A DNA stretch of 63,213 nucleotides, filler included, from Octopus bimaculoides (taxonomy: Eukaryota), in assembly GCF_001194135.2 (NCBI RefSeq). It is 4 parts of 3 records of this genome, joined end to end, with 100 filler letters (N's around TTAATTAATTAA, not from the genome) between each part and the next. Parts side by side here need not be neighbours in the genome. Positions count along the whole stretch, not along the records: positions 28,456 to 59,815 come from NC_068987.1; 3 more parts are not named here. One strand, written 5' to 3'. The first letter of the stretch is position 1. Every line of letters begins with the position of its first letter. The position numbers were made by a program, and so were the translations under genes. Below, in pieces: positions 36,751 through 50,184 of this stretch. A model generated the notes under the pieces. That model did not search any database. It saw only the letters and a program-made list of their open reading frames with translations, and was not told where the DNA came from.

Positions 36751-36792
36751 AAACAGAATTGTATCAGTGTATTTATGTATAGAGATCACCTA

Positions 36793-37196
36793 CGAGGGTG
36801 AGTCAGAAGGTAATGATATTTTGTTTAGGACACGAACATGTATCATACACGAAAATGAAGCTGGTTCTTTGTGAATCACATCCCTACTTCTCAACGTAGT
36901 CACAGTTTCTCTCAATAGCAATGTTCCACCTTCAAATAAGAGCATGTATCTCCGCTTCGTAAAATTCTGTTGACTGTTCTTAACTACTTCTGAGGCTATA
37001 TCTTCACTACAGTTTTCACTTCCTCGTCACTGGAATAATGTTTGCCTCTCAAACCCTCTTTCATTGGGGCCGAAGAGATGATAGTCCAGTGACGAAAACT
37101 GCAGTGAAGAAGTGGCTTAAAGAAAAGGCAACAGAATTTTACGGGGCAGGGATACATATTCTCATTCAAAGGTGGAACATTGCTATTGAGAGAAAC
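36793..37196. mobile_element. Mariner 3'-end fold-back element
   Basis: TA|cgagggtgagtcag TIR; the minus strand encodes DYHLFGPMKEGLRGKHYSSDEEVKT; an inverted second copy encodes KTAVKKWLKEKATEFYGAGIHILIQRWNIAIERN. Confidence 0.85.
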
Positions 37197-38640
37197 NNNN
37201 NNNNNNNNNNNNNNNNNNNNNNNNNNNNNNNNNNNNNNNNNNNNNNNNNNNNNNNNNNNNNNNNNNNNNNNNNNNNNNNNNNNNNNNNNNNNNNNNNNNN
37301 NNNNNNNNNNNNNNNNNNNNNNNNNNNNNNNNNNNNNNNNNNNNNNNNNNNNNNNNNNNNNNNNNNNNNNNNNNNNNNNNNNNNNNNNNNNNNNNNNNNN
37401 NNNNNNNNNNNNNNNNNNNNNNNNNNNNNNNNNNNNNNNNNNNNNNNNNNNNNNNNNNNNNNNNNNNNNNNNNNNNNNNNNNNNNNNNNNNNNNNNNNNN
37501 NNNNNNNNNNNNNNNNNNNNNNNNNNNNNNNNNNNNNNNNNNNNNNNNNNNNNNNNNNNNNNNNNNNNNNNNNNNNNNNNNNNNNNNNNNNNNNNNNNNN
37601 NNNNNNNNNNNNNNNNNNNNNNNNNNNNNNNNNNNNNNNNNNNNNNNNNNNNNNNNNNNNNNNNNNNNNNNNNNNNNNNNNNNNNNNNNNNNNNNNNNNN
37701 NNNNNNNNNNNNNNNNNNNNNTATATATATATATATATATATATATGTAAATAAATAAATACATACATATATACATATATATATATATACACATATATAT
37801 ATATATTTACATGCACACATACACAGGTATACGCACATACATAGGCATAAATACATGCATACATATACATACATACCCACGCACCCATATTTCTGTTTAT
37901 ATGCTTATCTCTCTCTCTATATATATGTAAAATTACATATATATGTGTGTATGTACATAAAGTCATAAGTGTGTATATATACGTACTTAACCGTCTTTTG
38001 ACACCTATTTATGTATATTGTTAGCAAAATATAACTTCCCATTTACCCTTCCATATCTATTCTTTAAAATATGTTTGTGTGTGAGTATGAATGTATGAGC
38101 GCAAAATTGTTTGTGTAACAGTTTGCAAAGCACATACTCTTAGAACAAAGAACAAAATTTTGTCTAAATGAATGCAGTCGCTTCTTTCTGTTTGCAATTA
38201 TTATCGTTTTTTTTTTCCTTCTTTTTTTAGACATCTCTGTTCAGATCATACTACCGTTAACCGTATTCGTTTTGTTCTTGCCAAGTCTTTGATCTACTGC
38301 AAATTAAAGAGGGGATTAGTAAACTCCCGTTCCACCTACTTCACACATCATTCTATTTATTAGTCTAACTAAATCTCCTATCATCGGTTTCTTGCCTTCA
38401 ATGTGCTACAGCCAGATTACTTCACATTTGTCAGGGTATTTACTTGCTTGAAAATTTTAATCCGCTCAGCTGTCTTTTCTCTTCTCTCTTTTAATTATTC
38501 TTTATTTACATTTTACTTTTTTTTCCTCCAAAGCTCTATTCATTTGTTTGTGAGTAAAATGAAAAAAATAATGACAACCATAATGATGACGACGATAACG
38601 ACAACAACAACAACAACAACAGCACAACAACAACGACAAC

Positions 38641-38692
<52 letters not shown>

Positions 38693-38759
38693 TATTTTCC
38701 TAATGTTTGGTATATGGCCAGTAATACTGAGGGGAACGAGAAGTCTATAACAAGAACTT

Positions 38760-38916
38760 CACTGCTCATCGGGTATTTATTTATCGACTACGAAAAAAAT
38801 GAAAGGCAATCTCTGAGTTAAAATTCAGTAGGATTTGATCTCAGACTGTAAATTTAGAAATACTCCGAAGCGTTTGTTAGGCATCCTAACTGTTCTACCA
38901 GTAAGGAGCACTCATT

Positions 38917-38965
<49 letters not shown>

Positions 38966-39225
38966 TGTAGTAGTTGTAGTAGTAGTAGTAGTAGTAGTAG
39001 CAGTAGTCCTTTCTACTATAGGCACAAGGCCTGACATTTTGGACGAGGGAACTAGTCGATTATATCGACCCCAGTACTTCACTGGTACTTATTTTATCGC
39101 CCTCCCCCCCGCAAGGACGAAAGTCAATGTCGACCTCGGCTGAATTTAAACTCAGATCGTGGAGTCGGACGAAATACCGCTAAGCATTTCATCCGGCGTG
39201 CTAACGATTCTGCCATCTTGCCGCC
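38760..39225 (-). mobile_element. Two tandem SINE family B copies separated by (TAG)n
   Basis: Homology to family B; the copy at 39005-39225 is near complete. Confidence 0.8.
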
Positions 39226-39250
39226 CTGATCATAATAATAATAGTAATAA

Positions 39251-39355
<105 letters not shown>

Positions 39356-40533
39356 TTATAATAATAATAGATATGGGATGTGCCAATCTAACATCAGCAT
39401 CTAACGAGGCATCTTTCAAGGTGACTTCTTTTCTCCATTACTCTTTTGCATGGCACTGCTCGTACTCTCAAGCGAACTAAATAACACCAGGTATGGGTTC
39501 AAACTGTATAATATTATAGTAAATCATCTGTTTTATATGGACGATCAACCAGAGCAACTAAGACCGAGAATTCTGAGAAGTAAAATTTAATAATTATAAT
39601 ATATTGTTGACCTAAATCTTTCAGCAAATGGTAATAATGAGTTAATACTAACAAACGACTGATTGATTGATTAACCAGCAAATTAAACAAACGGATAGTT
39701 AGTTAATGAGATACCTATATAACTAAAAATAAAATAATGAAATTGAAACGGTGCATATGTATATCGTTATTGTTGTGATGACCCTCCAAAGACACACCAA
39801 AATTCTTAGCTAGAAAGAAAATACACAAGCCGTAACTTACAACTTATTTCCTGTCAGTATTACGTTTAATCTATTTTAGGTACAATTTTTAAGTGACAAA
39901 TATACGTACGCAGCAGACACAGATATCGTTTAGTTCCTAGACAGATATATGGTTTCCTGAAGGTCATCTCAAAGTTTTTTAGTTGGTACATACATACAAA
40001 CACACATAGATGCATCCATATATACATTCAGTAGGAATGTTCGTTTTAAAATGTGAAGTCGTTTTACAAGCAAGTAACCGAAACAAAGTCAAAAAGCTAT
40101 TACGCTGTCCTGAAAAACAGATGACAGTCCTTTAATTGTACCCGAATGTGGGAACCCTGAGTTTACATAATGTTTTGAATCTACCCCCATTGCAACTAAA
40201 AAAAAATCTTACGCTGACACATGAAAACCAGAATCTCACGCCTTGTCGACCAGGAGCAGCTTAAGTCATTTACAAACAGACTCTATGACTGATTTGTAAT
40301 TCCCCATATTCAATCTCAGAATAAACAGGGTGGGGGACGACTACAAGTTGAATAATTACTAACAGACATTCAACACACACTATGGAAGACGCTCAAAATG
40401 GTAAATATATGTCAACAAAACACCCTAATCGCTTGCTTTCGAAAGACTATCGAGTTACCACGCTCCACCATTTTTGAGTCGCTCTCACTCTCTCTCACCC
40501 ATCTCTCTCTCCCTCGATACACACACACTCACG

Positions 40534-40601
<68 letters not shown>

Positions 40602-40888
40602 NNNNNNNNNNNNNNNNNNNNNNNNNNNNNNNNNNNNNNNNNNNNNNNNNNNNNNNNNNNNNNNNNNNNNNNNNNNNNNNNNNNNNNNNNNNNNNNNNNN
40701 NNNNNNNNNNNNNNNNNNNNNNNNNNNNNNNNNNNNNNNNNNNNNNNNNNNNNNNNNNNNNNNNNNNNNNNNNNNNNNNNNNNNNNNNNNNNNNNNNNNN
40801 NNNNNNNNNNNNNNNNNNNNNNNNNNNNNNNNNNNNNNNNNNNNNNNNNNNNNNNNNNNNACACACATATATATACATATATATATAT

Positions 40889-41160
40889 AGCCAGAAGATG
40901 GCTGCGTGGCTCGAAGTTTGTTTTCCTGCCACATGGTTCCGGGTTCAATCCCCTGCTTGACATTGTATTTGAGTGTCTTCTACTATAGTCGCTGGCGAAC
41001 TATAGCGTCTGTTATTGTGCGAGGATTTGATAGATAGAAACTGAAAAAGGTAGTCATTTGTGTGTGTATGTGTGTGTGCATGTCTTTGTGTCTATTTTCC
41101 TCTACCATCACTTGACAACTGACCCTGATGTGTTTGCGTCCCTGTAACGTAGCGGTTGAG
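40889..41160 (+). mobile_element. SINE family A (decayed)
   Basis: ccacatggttccgggttcaatccc..gtgtcttctactatag..cttgacaac..gtaacgtagcgg. Confidence 0.75.
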
Positions 41161-41736
41161 TAGAGAGCAGGCTTCCAATTTTAATACTGCGGACAAATCG
41201 GCCAACTAAATGTTCTTTAGGGCTGTGTAAGCAAGTGCCTGAACTCCTTACATCGATGTTAGAAACAAGGAGGAAGAAAGTTATAGATACATGGACAATA
41301 TGCGACAATATTCATAATTAACAAATCGATATTAAAAGTATTCCATGGCAGAGATAAAGTCTAATACACTCATCCTACGATCGTTTCGGGAAGAAGTTAC
41401 TGGGAGTGGATAAAGTATTCTTGTCCATATCCTATATAAATAGTTCCTTCCTTCATCGAGGAACACATAATAGATCTACAATCTTCCTTATTTGGAATAG
41501 AGAGAATAGAAAAAGTACAGAAAATAGAAAAAACATAGCGTGATATATACGTTCATACATACATAAATAAATACATACATACATACATACTTATATATAT
41601 ATATTACAAATAAAAGGGTAAAGGATTATTAATTTATTAGTAAATTAATAATTGATAATTTTTACCAAGCCCTTCGGTATGTAAACACTATTATCGGCGA
41701 AGAACTTATTTAAAGTTCTTATACATTTATAAACAC

Positions 41737-41875
41737 AATTAAGGGATCAGCAGCAGTTGCTTCACCACATACCGAAGTTCAGAAATAGCAGCTAAAGTGC
41801 TAAAACTCCAACAGATAGCAATTGCTATTCTGAACTTCGGTATGTGGTGAAGCAACTGTTGCTGATCCCTTAATT
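41737..41875. repeat. Near-perfect inverted repeat, 52-53-bp arms with a 34-nt spacer
   Basis: Arms 41737-41789 and 41824-41875; one mismatch and one 1-nt indel. Confidence 0.95.
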
Positions 41876-41888
41876 ATGTGTGTGTGTG

Positions 41889-41920
<32 letters not shown>

Positions 41921-41921
<1 letters not shown>

Positions 41922-42036
41922 GAGGGGTGTAGGAAAAGTTTTGAGCCTTGATGTCGTGTACCTTCCTCACAAGTCTTGTACCATGCTTTTTTTTTTTTTG
42001 TTTTTTTGAGGCTGAAGACTTTTCATACACTCCTCG
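41921..42036. mobile_element. 116-bp mariner-type MITE
   Basis: TIRs cgaggggtgtaggaaaagt and acttttcatacactcctcg, followed by TA. Confidence 0.7.
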
Positions 42037-42578
42037 TATACCATAGTGGAATATGGCACTTGTCGACGACGAATGAAGATACGCAAAATAGGGAAGAAGC
42101 GCAGAAAGGTCGTGGATACGTCCCTCATCAGTTATAGACCAAATATCATTACAGTTTTGATAATGTTGTTGATTTTAGTGGCATCTGCCATCCTGAGGTG
42201 TAAATGAGCAAATATGAAAGATAAAATCAGTCAAGTGCAAAAAACAACCCCCCCCCCACAAAAAAGCAGGTTTCTCAAGTCCGAACAACAGAATGATAGG
42301 GTATGAGGAGAAGCTAAAAATATATGAGAGAGGAGCAAAAAAGTGAGAGAGAAGGTAAAAAGCCAACCAAAGACAGTAACGAAAACATTAAGCTTGTAGT
42401 AAATGAATCATCTGGCAACTGTACAATTTTCGAATACGAAATTATTGTCTGCATGTTGTCTTGGGCCTCACGAGGTGCTCGATATTAAAAAATAAGATCC
42501 TTGACTAACACACTGTAAATTGGTATCGAAATCAAAACGCAAGGAACGTTTGAATTTCACAGTAATCTTTTACACTTT

Positions 42579-42977
42579 TACTCTTTTACTTGCTTCAGTC
42601 ATTTGACTGCGGCCATGCTGGAGCACCGCCTTTTAGTCGAGCAAATCGATTCCAGGACTTATTCTTTGGAAGCTTAGTACATATTCTATCGGTTTGTTTT
42701 GCCGAACCGCTAAGTTACGAGGTCGTAAACACACCACCATCGGTTGTCAAGCGATGCTGGCGGGAAGGACAAACACAGACACACAAACATATAAGCACGT
42801 ATACATATACATATATATATATATATATACGACGGTCTACCAAATCCACTCACAAGGCTTTGGTCGGTCCGAGGCTATAGTAGAAGACACTTGCCCCAAG
42901 GTGCCACGCAGTGGTAATGAACCCGGAACCATGTGGTTGGTAAGCAAGCTACTTACCACACAGCCACTCCTACGCCT
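42579..42977 (-). mobile_element. SINE family A, complete gap-free reference copy
   Basis: Head ggcgtaggagtggctgtgtggtaagtagc, B-box-like ggttcattacc, core ttggggcaagtgtcttctactatagcc, internal (TA/TG)n, tail aagtaaaagagtaaaa. Confidence 0.92.
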
Positions 42978-43314
42978 ATGTAATATATCTCTCTGCACAT
43001 ATACGACACCAAACTCATATCTTCGCGCACACACACACACGCATACGCACGCACACAAATGCATATACATACATGCACATATATACACGCATATATATAT
43101 TATGTATATATACCCTTACGCACACACATGCATACACACACGCACTTTATTCTTCCTGCTTATATATATATATATATATATATATTGATGTAAGCGTGTG
43201 AATAATATTTTGTGATATTTTTATTTTGTTGGTAATTGTACTTGTATGTGTGCTTGTGACATACTCTGTGTCATATCCGCATGAATAAACTACTCCTACT
43301 CTCAACCTCTGCTA

Positions 43315-43530
43315 TTCTAGCTCTTCTCTCTCTCCCTCGCTCTTCTCTCTCTCCCTCGCTCTTCTCTCTCTCTCCCTTGCTCTTCTCTCTCTCTCCCTCG
43401 CCCTTCTCTGTCTCTCCCTCGCTCTTCTCGCTCTCTCCCTCGCTCTCTCCCTCGCTCTCTCTTCTTCCATGTCTCCTACTCTCTCTTATATTCTGTCTCT
43501 CCTTCTTCCTCGCTCCTACTCTCTCTCTCT
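43315..43530. repeat. Pyrimidine-rich (ctctctctccctcgctctt-like) minisatellite
   Basis: Direct reading; about 7 imperfect units. Confidence 0.85.
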
Positions 43531-45014
43531 CTTTCTCTGCCCATAGTTTGTTCCACCTTGCAGTGTTTGTCATTGTTTATTATTATGTCCGACCTCTCCC
43601 CATCTCTCTCTCTAATCCTCTATACTGCTTATCTCTTATTCACACAAAATTTATTCATTCTCTCTGCAAATATATTCCAACTCTCTTACCTAGTTGTCCT
43701 TTATTCCTTATCTTTCTCACTGCTTCAATATACTACTACGCCACAACGTAATAGAGGAAGGACGTGTGCACATGAATATTCAACATACAGTCCTAGGACA
43801 CCAATAAACTCCACCTTCAATATTTACACACCCTCTAATTCAGGCTTAACGACTCCTCCCATTTAACCGTTTCACCCTCATCTTTCAACACCGTTTTTTT
43901 TTTTCCTTCTCATATATCGCTAGTTAAATTCCAACGACTGTCTTGTATGTGCGTGTTTCTGTTTGAGAGTTCGCGCGCGCGCGTGTTGAGTGTGGTTTAG
44001 TTTGTGTGTATGTGTTTGTGTGTGAGGGAGAGGACAAAAACCCAACCAACGCTTTCAAGTTACTAGCGAAACGACTGAAACTTTATATATATACATACAT
44101 ATANNNNNNNNNNNNNNNNNNNNNNNNNNNNNNNNNNNNNNNNNNNNNNNNNNNNNNNNNNNNNNNNNNNNNNNNNNNNNNNNNNNNNNNNNNNNNNNNN
44201 NTATATATATATATATATATATATATGAGCACACATAGTACTTACACTCATGCACACACGCCTACATACACACATACATATATATGTGTGTGTCTCCGTG
44301 CGTATGTGTGGACGTGTGTGAGCGTGTTTGCGCGTGTGTGTATATGTATGTATAGAATAAAATATATATCGGATGAGATCCAATAGTGCGCCTTTCTCTC
44401 ATATTTCGTAATATTGTACTTTTTTTGTAAAAACATGAAATTTAACGTCACTATTCAGGCCACATCCGTTATATCTATCATATAAATACATATACCTGAT
44501 AATAGGGGAATATATTGGAAAGCTTTGAATTGGCAATTTGAAGGCAATTTAGGCATGAAATATAATTACATTGTTTTAAATGAGTGAAATTAAGACATAA
44601 TAGTTAGCACACCACCCCGAAAGAGTGTAGCCTGGAAAATGTACATGTTAATTCGTAATTAACATGAGATATGTTTTCCAAGCTGTATACGTTCGCGATG
44701 GTGGGCTGACTGCTGGATCTTAATTTCACTGTAATCACGACCATTCAAAAATAGGCAAGACAATGTTTTGGTTCCCTCAACTTTGAAACACTGACTCAAC
44801 AAAGATGTGACAGTTGCAAGGAAGGAGAGAGCTACACCCCCAGTCAACTGCTGCTCATTTTCAGACACAAATATTGTGTAAAAGTACCTGGTGGAATTTT
44901 ATAGCATGAAACATGAATAAATTTCATACATTTGTGAACGTTGAATGAAGTGTAGACAGAATGTCATTGATTAATACAGCTATAATTGCCCTCATTATTT
45001 GACTGGAAAGTCAT

Positions 45015-45408
45015 GTCACAAACATATTTTAACTCGCCTAAACTTTGCTTATGACTAAACACTGTTTTGGCGCTAATATTACTGTACTTTCCATGACCTG
45101 GCCGCCTACCGGCGCAAATTAATCAATGTTGTTGACTGTATTTTAGTTAAAGCTATAATTTTAATAAGGTCTCTCCAGAAGTCTCTCCTCTGTTAGGTAT
45201 TTCTCATTGGTAACAGCTAAGGAGCTAGGAACATCGATCTCTTGGAATCCTGATAGATGGTGACACTGGACAGATATTTTCTTTTTATACCGTTTTACCA
45301 TAAGAGACAGTTTCTCCACGGTAACTGCAGTGAATTTACTTTTAGCATTTAAGACATGTCACAAACATATTTTGGTAGCCACTGTCCATTAGGGAGAGAA
45401 TTGGTTAT
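45015..45408 (-). pseudogene. Decayed Cys-containing repeat module (Sushi/CCP-like?), paralog of 32420-32830
   Basis: The minus frame gives ITNSLPNGQWLPKYVCD and LICAGRRPGHG..VFSHKQSLGELKYVCD, interrupted by stops and frameshifts. Confidence 0.3.
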
Positions 45409-46029
45409 CTACAGCCTATCTTCGAGCCAGTAGGTATAATTAAAAGAAGAGGAAAGCAGAGTCAAGGCAGGACAAGCTTATCAATTCATTTGAATTAGTT
45501 TAATGGTGAAGCGAATTAAGCAAGTATAGAATAAAAATACTAGATTATTGTTTTATAACTGTTGTTGGGATATCCCAAGAAATGGATCAATGTGTTGATC
45601 CACGTTTCCATATACTGTGTATTCCATCATCGGAGACAGAATATCAAGTGTGCAAGACGTACAGTGTTAAAAATCATGAATATTCTTTACAACTAAAAGA
45701 CAAAATCACTCCAGAAATGATGCCGGGAGGAACAGATTCGTCTTTTGCCTCAGTTGCTGCTTAATTCAAATTCATTGGGCTTATGCAGTGCCATTGGAAA
45801 CTAACAGATAGTTTATTCACTTCCAACTAGTAGATACGATTTTGATTCGGATGTGGCACGAGTGCATGTCATTGATATGCAGCAACTAGCACTTCTAGCA
45901 CGATTTTGCTTCTCCTATCTTAAGTATATAGTACTTTTTAACGTGATACGTCGTTAAAGGGATATTTCTTGGACGAACACCGCAGCTGTTGTCCTTTAAA
46001 GAAATATACGTAAAATATGCTGTATTGAA

Positions 46030-46097
<68 letters not shown>

Positions 46098-46098
46098 A

Positions 46099-46142
<44 letters not shown>

Positions 46143-46184
46143 CTATCTATATATCTCTCTCACTCTCTCTCTATCTCTCTATCG

Positions 46185-46216
<32 letters not shown>

Positions 46217-48480
46217 ACCTACCTATCGTAAACAAAACCACTGATTGGTAAATAATACAATAAAACTACACTTAAATAAAACCCGATGACACTCTCATGG
46301 GTGTCTGTATTGGTAAAACTTACGAAATACAAGAGTTGGGATAGTGGTTATATGCCCTGCGGAGAAGTATAAGCTGGCATTTCTGCTCATCGAAAAAGAA
46401 CATCTTCATCGATAAAAACACAACTACTTCAATGAAATTACAATTTGCATTACGGAAAAAACGGGAACTTGCGGTTGATATGTGAAAAGCAGAATAATGG
46501 ATCATCTCGATTTCGTTGTCAGTACAAACTCCCATCAAAATGTCACTAAATGATGAAATTGAATTTAATTTAAATAGATAATTGTATTTTTCGTAATTAT
46601 ATATTCGCGAAATACACGGAAAAAAAATAACTAACGTGAGAAAGATTCTTTCTACTTTGTACCCAAATTTCCTACCCTAATAGCAGACAACTTCAATATA
46701 CTTTCTTATTAAAACACTCGACTTAATATACCTTAAACCAACAAATATACATTAAACCAACAAATTAACTGCCATAAATAAGCACACGAAATATATTCCA
46801 GATACGGCAAAATACAATCAGCTAAGAACGCTCCAAATTTCAGGATAAACTGTATAAATTATCATCTTGAACAATAGTTTAATAGAACGGTGTTATGACT
46901 CCAATGTTCAGTGAAATCCGAAGAAGAAAAAGCCATAAATGAAGGCTATAAAGAGCGAATGAAATCTCTGAGCATGGTATGGTTTGATTATATGAAGGTT
47001 TTTTTTTTGTCAGTATTTCACAGTTTCAGAAAATGAAATACAAAAATGAGAGATCAGGGTAACACCAGATCATGGTTGCCACTAGCATTAAAAGAAGTAT
47101 AAGCTATCAAATGTACCAGTTTTAATAGCCGACAATATATACAAAAAATAACACAGCAAAATCATTGACATGAATTGTATTGGAAAGATATATATATGTA
47201 TATATATATATATATNNNNNNNNNNNNNNNNNNNNNNNNNNNNNNNNNNNNNNNNNNNNNNNNNNNNNNNNNNNNNNNNNNNNNNNNNNNNNNNNNNNNN
47301 NNNNNNNNNNNNNNNNNNNNNNNNNNNNNNNNNNNNNNNNNNNNNNNNNNNNNNNNNNNNNNNNNNNNNNNNNNNNNNNNNNNNNNNNNNNNNNNNNNNN
47401 NNNNNNNNNNNNNNNNNNNNNNNNNNNNNNNNNNNNNNNNNNNNNNNNNNNNNNNNNNNNNNNNNNNNNNNNNNNNNNNNNNNNNNNNNNNNNNNNNNNN
47501 NNNNNNNNNNNNNNNNNNNNNNNNNNNNNNNNNNNNNNNNNNNNNNNNNNNNNNNNNNNNNNNNNNNNNNNNNNNNNNNNNNNNNNNNNNNNNNNNNNNN
47601 NNNNNNNNNNNNNNNNNNNNNNNNNNNNNNNNNNNNNNNNNNNNNNNNNNNNNNNNNNNNNNNNNNNNNAAGACTAAAATCAAGTTGAGTCTCCAGAGCA
47701 CACCAAAGACAAATATGTAGAGGAATACGGATCTATGGTTAATACTCGCGGAATTCGATGAAGAAATTAGTCAGAGTGAAGTGGAACAATAACGTAGATC
47801 ACCACAAATAGAATCTGAAAGGGAATGTCTACTTTTAGTTGCAGATTCTCAATGGTTAGCCACAAAACAATATACTTACTTTATAGTAAAACAATAAATC
47901 TGATGTAAAATGTAGACGATGAACTGAACGCAGTATATCTATTGAGCATTTCGTTTCTGGATGCTCTGTCCTTATATAAATGAGTATGCACAGCTGCATT
48001 TGAGTTCACCATTACATGCAGTGGAGATATGCCGAGATGTTGACATAGAATCTGAGATGTGGCAAAGAGAGGCAGAAACGAATGCGTATGAAAAGTAATC
48101 TATTTACAATATCCTGGGACAGGCCTGACGATATTAACGATGAGACCAAAGTGAACAGTCCAGACATAAGTATCAAATACAGAAAAACGAATGTATATTT
48201 ATATCCTGATAAAAGTTCCCCTTTCGAACACAATTATCGCCCAGAAATATACGGAGAAATATATCAAAGTATAAGGATTTTGTTAGAGAAAATACTGAAT
48301 AGAAGTTTACTAAAATAAGCGTAAGTATTCTATATAACTAGATTCAAACAAATGGGGTTAAAATGAGACATGACTTACAACAAAGCATACCGTCTACAAA
48401 TAGTCACAGCCCCATCGTTTGTCACACACATTCCATTCAATAGTATATTTCCCACAATTCCATCCGGCACAGGTCACGCA

Positions 48481-50184
48481 TAAATTCTCCCGTAATACCG
48501 TGCACCGCATGTAGAAAATACTCATCCGAGTACACAGCCGACACTGTTGCACGCAAAATAACAAACCCAATGTATATGAAATACAATATCTACTGAACGA
48601 ACAAAATAAGGCAATCTATGTAAAATTTTCTAATTAATTTTCAAACGATGTAGCACAAACGTGGACATGCACTTCACATCAAAGTATAATTGATGCGGTA
48701 AAAGTAATTCTACATTATCAAAGGAGTAAACCGCTCACATGTTAGATGCATTTAAGTTAATCTAATCTGTATGAATGTGAAATCAGCCGTGCATTTTTTG
48801 TCCCTTTTTTTTTTTTTGGAATCATTCAAAGAATATCAGACCTTGGCACAGGATCACATATTTTAGGAAACTATCTGGTTTCGATAACGCATTTTGTTGT
48901 TGATTTTAATTTTCATTGTTGATTATGTATGCAACGGTGAACGATTAAATGCCATGGCTGTCGTTGAGATTTGAAATCAGAAATTAAAACACGGTATCTT
49001 AATACCACAAGTTTCTGCTCCTGCTACTAATGAGAACGCTTAGCTAAATTGTAGGAACGTAAATCACGCATGTGCATATTTAGGATCACAAGATTCAAAG
49101 ATAAATTATGATAGAATGAAAGGAATAAATATTGTTTTAATTGATATGGCATATAATATCGTGCAAACACGCAGAGTTACTTCCATAGCATGGAAAATGA
49201 AGAGATATTTCTTGTTCGTTTAAAAATGAATGGATATCGCTATAATTAGTGATACTAGATATAAGCATGATGGAATAATGAAATAAGTTGCAATGTATGA
49301 GTCTCTTTCACGTGATGTAAATATGAGATAAGATTAGTAATACGACCAGGCAATATTTTGAAGTTTGTCTTATATATGGATATTACATGAAAGATATCTG
49401 GATATTACAATGCATACTTCTATTCAATTTGTTATATGCTCGTTGAGCTTATACAAGAAATTATATTAGTCACATAGGAAACGAAGTACAAAAGAAATAT
49501 ACTTAAATACTTCAGAACACAGCCATGTATTTTCTTTCACGTTTTGGTGGCTCTAATAGTGACTAATGTAACTAAAATAATTCTATTTAAAGAGCTACAA
49601 TCGTTCCATTATATAGGAGCAGTACATTTAAATACCATCCAAGTGTTATGGAACCACAGGAGAATGTTTTCGTAATTTGTTAAAGTTTTAGTTGACATTA
49701 AGTCTGCTTTATATAAAAGAAGTGCAGTGAGGTGCATATTGAAATCAAAAGTTGTTCCGAGCAACGTCTTGCTTTAAGCCATGACTAATGATGTTAAAGA
49801 AATGGATAAGTTTCCAGGTATTTGAAGAGGTATTGTATTGCATTATATTACATTTTCAAAAAATATTAAAGGATTTGTTTAGAGTCGAGCTTCTAAGATG
49901 TTTAAGAAGTCTGGTAGATGTAAGAACTTTCGTTGGTTGTCAATTAAAATTACTGATGTAAGGAAAAGTAATTAAGATTCACGAAATAGATTCGCAGATT
50001 TATGATTTCAGCATCTTATATTATACTTTGTATATCTAAAATGATAGAATAATTAAATTCTCCCGTAATACCATGCACGGCAATTAGAAAATACTCATCC
50101 GAATACACAGCCGACATTGTTGCACGCAAAATAACAAACTCAATATATATAAAATACAATATCTACTGAACGAACGAAATAAGG
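48481..50184. repeat. 131-bp direct repeat (48481-48611 and 50054-50184)
   Basis: About 10 mismatches by eye, no indels. Confidence 0.92.

Noticed and set aside
42125-42131. Other CTGATGA motifs followed by hairpins (also 33633-33639 and about 51540)
   Set aside because: No GAAA, stem III or NUH in the required positions.
45582-45764. 60-aa non-repetitive ORF (similarly 44659-44868, 46320-46538, 48082-48318)
   Set aside because: No recognisable motif or splice context; the length is within chance expectation.
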